Part shown: positions 59,088 through 64,000 of the stretch, one piece after another
How the letters are laid out: every line of letters begins with the position of its first letter
How positions within the stretch are numbered: position 1 is the stretch's first letter
NCBI RefSeq assembly: GCF_032444005.1
Contig: NC_091291.1
Span: forward strand, 112,468,001-112,532,000
Source: Ranitomeya imitator
Lineage: Eukaryota
DNA length: 64,000 nucleotides
Direction: 5' to 3'
The notes under the pieces: model-generated
Seen by the model: only the letters and a program-made list of their open reading frames with translations
Told to the model about the DNA's origin: nothing
Database searches by the model: none
Made by a program: the position numbers and the translations under genes

Positions 59088-60614
59088 CAGTTGGTACTGA
59101 GCGTATTCAGACCCCTTTAAATTTTGCACTCTTTGTTTCATTGCAGCCATTTGGTAAATTCCAAAAAGTTCATTTTTTTTTCTCATTAATATACACTATG
59201 CACACCATCTTGGCTGAAAAAAAAGAAATATAGTAATTTTTGCAAATTTATTAAAAAAGAAAAACTGAAATATCACATGACCATAAGTATTCAGACCCTT
59301 TGCTCAGTATAGAGTAGAAGCCCCTTTTGAGCTAGTACAGCCATGAGTCCTCTTGGGAATGATGCAACAAGTTTTTCACACCTGGATTTGGGGATCCTCG
59401 GCCATTCTTCCTTGCGGATCCTCTCCAGTTCCGTCATGTTGGATGGTGAACGTTGGTGGACGGCCATTTTCAGGTATCTCCAGAGATGATCAATTGGGTT
59501 TATGTCAGGGCTCTGGCTGGGCCAGTCAAAAATGGCCACAGAGTTGTTCTGAAGCCACTCCTTTGTTATTTTAGCTGTGTGCTTAGGGTCATTGTCTTGT
59601 TGGAAGGTGAACCTTTGGCCAAGTCTGAGGTCCAGAGCACTCTGGAAGAGGTTTTCATCCAGGATATCTCTGTACTTGGCCGCATTCATGTTTCCTTCAA
59701 TGGCAACCAGTCATCCTGTCCCTGCAGCTGAAAACCACCCCATAGCATGATGCTGCCACCACCATGCTTCACTGTTGGGGTTGTACTGGGCAGGTGATGA
59801 GCAGTGCCTGGTTTTCTCCACACATACCGCTAAGAATTACCACCAAAAAGGTCTATCTTCATCTCATCAGACCAAAGAATCTTATTTCTCATAGTCTGGG
59901 AGTCATGTGTTTTTTTTTAGCAAACTCTATGCGGGCTTTCATATGTCTTGCACTGAGGAGAAGCTCCTGTTGGGCCTTTCTGCCATAAAGACCGACTGGT
60001 GGGGGGCTGCAGTGATAGTTGACTTTGTAGAACTTTCTCTCATCTCCCTACTGCATCTCTGGACCTGTGATATTGAGGTTCATCTTTACCTCTCTCACCA
60101 AGGCTCTTCTCCCACGATTGCTCAGTTTGCCTGGACGGCCAGGTCTAGGAAGACTTCTGGTGGTCCCAAACTTCTTCCATTTAAGGATTATGGCGGCCAC
60201 TGTGCTCTTAGGAACCTTGAATACTGCAGAAATTCTGTTGTAGCCTTGGCCAGATCTGAGCCTTGCCACAATTCTGTCTCTGAGCTCCTCGGCCAGTTCC
60301 TTTGACCTCTTGATTCTCATTGGTCTGACATGCACTGTGAGCTGTGAGGTCTTATATAGACAGGTGTGCGCCTTTCCAAATCAAGTCCTATTAAACACAG
60401 CTGGACTCCAATGAAGGAGTAGAACCATCTCAAGGAGGATCACAAGGAAATAAACTTTGCGTGACTTAAATATGAGTGTCTGAGCAAAGGGTCTGAATAC
60501 TTATGACCATGAGATATTTGAGTTTTTCTTTTTTAATAAATTTGCAAAAATTTCACCATTTCTGTTTTTTTCAGTGAAGATGGGGTGCAGCGTGTACATT
60601 AATGTGAAAAAAAA
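59088..60614 (-). mobile_element. Tc1-like transposon with long ITRs and frameshifted transposase (59291-60335)
   Basis: SKEL.EELRDRIVA...G.GY..IS..F.VP.STV..II.KWK.FGTT..LPRPGRP; FQQDNDPKHT; WPSQSPDINPI; ITR-like blocks at 59088-59305 and 60470-60614 (outer end missing). Confidence 0.92.
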
Positions 60615-61594
60615 TTAGTGACCTACCACCCAGTAAGCCCCCTAAGCTCTCCCGTGTGTAACTATATAGAAGTGCCTGGTACACCGTGGATGCTGCGGAT
60701 GACCTGGGCTGGATTACAGGCCCGTCTTATCTTGGCTTTGCAGCGAGCAATGACCCGGCAGGCAAATATATTGCGCTACATATGTGATGTTTGCGGTCTG
60801 TGCCACATTTGGAAATTTCCACGGTAATTGATTAGTTGCTATCGCATCCACGAGCTATTACTGATCTGAGGGAATGGCCTGATGACAGATCCTCTTTAAA
60901 TCCTAGGTTACAGGTTTTTGGGAAACTGTATAAAATGCCATATGAACATAAGCCCTTTGTGTGGCCGGGCCGCACACTAAACACACGTATTGTCTTTTAC
61001 CTACATGTAACTAAACCCAGGTAGGACTTAAGCTCACAAGTCTATTGTCCTCTCCGCACTTTTGTTATAAGATCGGGCCCTTTGTTTGGTGGAGCAGCTG
61101 TGGGGCTTTCAGGCCCCTTTGTAAACTTGTGGGAAAGTGTCTGTCACTACTTCTCAGACGGCCTCATAGAAACCGAAGATTAGCTCATTCTGTGTGTAAC
61201 AGCAATATGGTCCTCAGAACAGCCATCCCTCTTTCTCTTCTGGTGCCCCTCAGATGGTTGTCATAGACTCTCCTAATGCCTGGAGGTTGGAGACCACACT
61301 CGTCCCAAATCAATACTGATAATCTCCATTCACGTTTACTCCTTAGTTTCACTAGAGTCACCCGGGTGTCATTATATCTGATGTCACTATATCTGATGTC
61401 ATTATACACTTGTCCTCAAAAGTTTACATACCCCGGCAGAATTTTGGCTTTCTTGACCTTTTTTCAGACAATATGAATGATAACACCAAAACGTTTTCCT
61501 CCACTCATGGTTAGTGGTTGGGTGAAGCCATTTATTGTCAAACTACTGAGTTTTCTCTTTTTAAATCATAATGAGATTTTATTACTATATTAGG

Positions 61595-61920
61595 GTTAGG
61601 GTGTTTTCTTGTGCTTTTCTATAAAAACGCATGCAAAAGCATGTGCTTAAAAACGCATGCGTTTACATAGACATCAATACTTTTTTTGCCGCGAAAAAAC
61701 GCATGCTTTTTTTGCGGCAAAAAAAACGCCGCAAAAATTACTACATGTTGCATTTCTGCAACACAACGCATGCAGAGAAAAACGCATGCGTTGCAAAAAT
61801 GCATCAAAACGCATGCAAAAAAGCGCATGCGTTTTTAATGTTAAATATAGGGGAAAAAACGCATGCTTTTTTTGCGTTTTTTTACCGCAAAAACAAAAAA
61901 ACCCAAATGTGAAACCAGCC
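61595..61920. mobile_element. Degenerate Harbinger-type MITE (AAAACGCATG-rich)
   Basis: Internal inverted aaaacgcatgc repeats; ends gtgaaaccagcc-TAA. Confidence 0.55.
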
Positions 61921-62164
61921 TAAGACTTATACATCCAACCAGTTTCGGTACTAAAGTAGTCTTAATAGATTGCCTTGAAATAACAATATGTGGCACCTCC
62001 TTTTACGTCCATGTGTCATTTTTGAAAATAGGAAGCATGTTCAATAAAATCAGATTTTTTTTTTATACATTAAAATAGCAGATTTCATTAATATTCATCA
62101 TCATATATGAAAAACAATAGAACACTTCCTGAGCATTGATAATTGAACTAAAAAGCTTCTTTAA

Positions 62165-62532
62165 GAGTAGGTGCACACGTTGCGGATTTTGGTGCGGATC
62201 CGCAGAGATTGTCCATGAGTTTCCAGTACAGTGTAAACCTATGGGAAACAAAATCCGCAGTGCACATGCTGCTGAAAAAACACGCGGAAACCTAGCGTTG
62301 TTTATTCCACAGCATGTACGTTCTTTGTGCGGATTCCGCAGCGGTTTACACCTGCTCCATTATAGGAATCCGCAGGTGTAAAACCGCAGGTGGAATCCGC
62401 ACAAAAAACGCATAAAATCTGCGGTAAATCTGCAGTAAATCCGCAGGTAAAACGCAGTGCTTTTTACCTGCAGATTTCTCAAAACAGGTGCGGAGAAATC
62501 CGCAGAGGATCCAGCTACGTGTGCACATACCC
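62165..62532. mobile_element. PIF/Harbinger-type MITE
   Basis: gagtaggtgcacacgt ... acgtgtgcacataccc; TAA/TTA flanks. Confidence 0.75.
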
Positions 62533-62783
62533 TTAGAGAGAAAAAGGTGACTCTGTTACGGCCCTCTGCACTGCCCCGATGACTGGAAACGATCGGCTGC
62601 ATGGAGAATATCTTCACTTTTTCTCTGCCACATATGTTTAAAATGGTATTTTCCTTTAGATTACGACTGTCTGTGTTTAATTAAAAGCATTTTTTTTTTG
62701 CTGACAGGTTCACTTTAATAAATGGTTCGTGTATAAACCCAAAAGTATACTATAGACGTGTGTAATACGACAGTTTTATAGTA

Positions 62784-64000
62784 CACTGCTCAAAAAAATA
62801 AAGGGAACACTTAAACAACAGAATATAACTCCAACTAAATCAAACTTCTGTGAAATCAAACTGTCCACTTAGGAAGCAACACTGACAATCAATTTCAGAT
62901 GCTGTTGTGCAAATGGAATAGACAACAGATGGAAATTATTGGCAATTATCAAGGCACTCAATAAAGGAGTGGTTCTGCAGGTGGAGACCACAGACCACAT
63001 GTCAGTACCAATGCTTTCTGGCTGCTGTTTTGGTCACTTTTGAATGTTGGTTGTGCTTTCACACTCATGGTAGCATGAGACGGACTCTACAACCCACACA
63101 AGTGGCTCAGGTAGTGCAGCTCATCCAGGATGGCACATCAATGCGAGCTGTGGCAAGATGGTTTGCTGTGTCTGTCAACGTAGTGTCCAGAGGCTGGAGG
63201 AGCTACCAGGAGACAGGCCATTACACCAGGATATTTGGAGGGGGCCGTAGGAGGGCAACAACCCAGCAGCAGGACCGCTACCTCAGCCTTTGTGTAAGGA
63301 GGAGCACTGCCAGAACCCTGCAAAATGACCTCCAGCAGGCCACAAATGTGGATATGTCTGCACAAACGGTTAGAAACCGGCTCCATGAGGATGGTCTGAG
63401 TGCCCGACATTCACAGATGGGGGTTGTGCTCAGCCCAACACTGTGCAGGATGCATGGCATTTGCCACAGAACACCAGGATTGGCAAATTCGCCACTGGCA
63501 CCCTGTGCTCTTCACAGATGAAACCAGGTTCACACTGAGCACATATGACACGTGACAGAGTCTGGAGATGCCGCAGAGAGCGATCTGCTGCCTGCAACAT
63601 CCTTCAGCATGATCGGTTTGGCAGTGGGTCAGTAATGGTGTGGGGTGGCATTTCTTTGGAGGGCCGCACAGCCCTCCATGTTCTCGCCAGAGGTAGCCTG
63701 ACTGCCATTAGGTACCGAGATGAGATCCTCAGTCCCCTTGTGAGACCATATGCTGGTGCGTTTGGCCCTGGGTTCCTCCTAATTCAGGACAATGCCAGAA
63801 CTGATGTGGCTGGAGTGTGTCAGCAGCTCCTGCAAGATGAAGGCATTGAAGCTATGGACTGGCCCGCCCATTCCCCAGACCTGAATCCGATTGAACTCAT
63901 CTGGGACATCATGTCTCGCACCATCCACCAATGTCACATTGCACCACAGACTGTCCAGGAGTTGGTGGATGCTTTAGTCCAGGTCTGGGAGGAGATTCCT
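62784..64000 (+). mobile_element. Tc1-like transposon (runs off the window), frameshifted transposase from ATG 63075
   Basis: TA-cactgctcaaaaaaataaagggaacac; [26 protein letters not shown]..; VLFTDE, MVWGGI, QDNA, WPAHSPDLNPIE.IWD. Confidence 0.92.

Overview
Repeat-rich vertebrate genomic DNA, most likely a frog (inferred from the hes5 gene and the MITE/Tc1 families). One intact host gene: a 3-exon hes5-type bHLH-Orange-WRPW gene (57412-58435, minus strand) with a TATA box and a paired RBPJ site. The left 35 kb holds an intron-containing nup160 pseudogene fragment (7 exons, minus strand, 12756-19454). Three of its exons recur as an inverted copy at 3318-3986. Young retroelements sit in and around it: (i) a near-intact chromodomain Ty3/Gypsy element (5044-10727) with a self-priming signature, fused tail-to-tail to a related LTR; (ii) a 5.86-kb LTR element (19858-25714) with a 5-bp TSD, a tRNA-Arg-like PBS, one 447-aa gag-position ORF and an AT-rich interior with no pol ORF; (iii) a head-to-head pair of Penelope-like (Neptune-type) elements (27036-34572) with an upstream ORF, RT-GIY-YIG and a minimal hammerhead ribozyme carrying an unusual A3:U8 core pair. 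Elements ii and iii both interrupt one 45-bp minisatellite. The rest is Tc1 relics, T2/Kolobok-, Harbinger-, hAT- and piggyBac-type MITEs, solo LTRs, minisatellites and a 259-N gap. All protein and family assignments come from motif recognition and recalled sequences; no database search was run.
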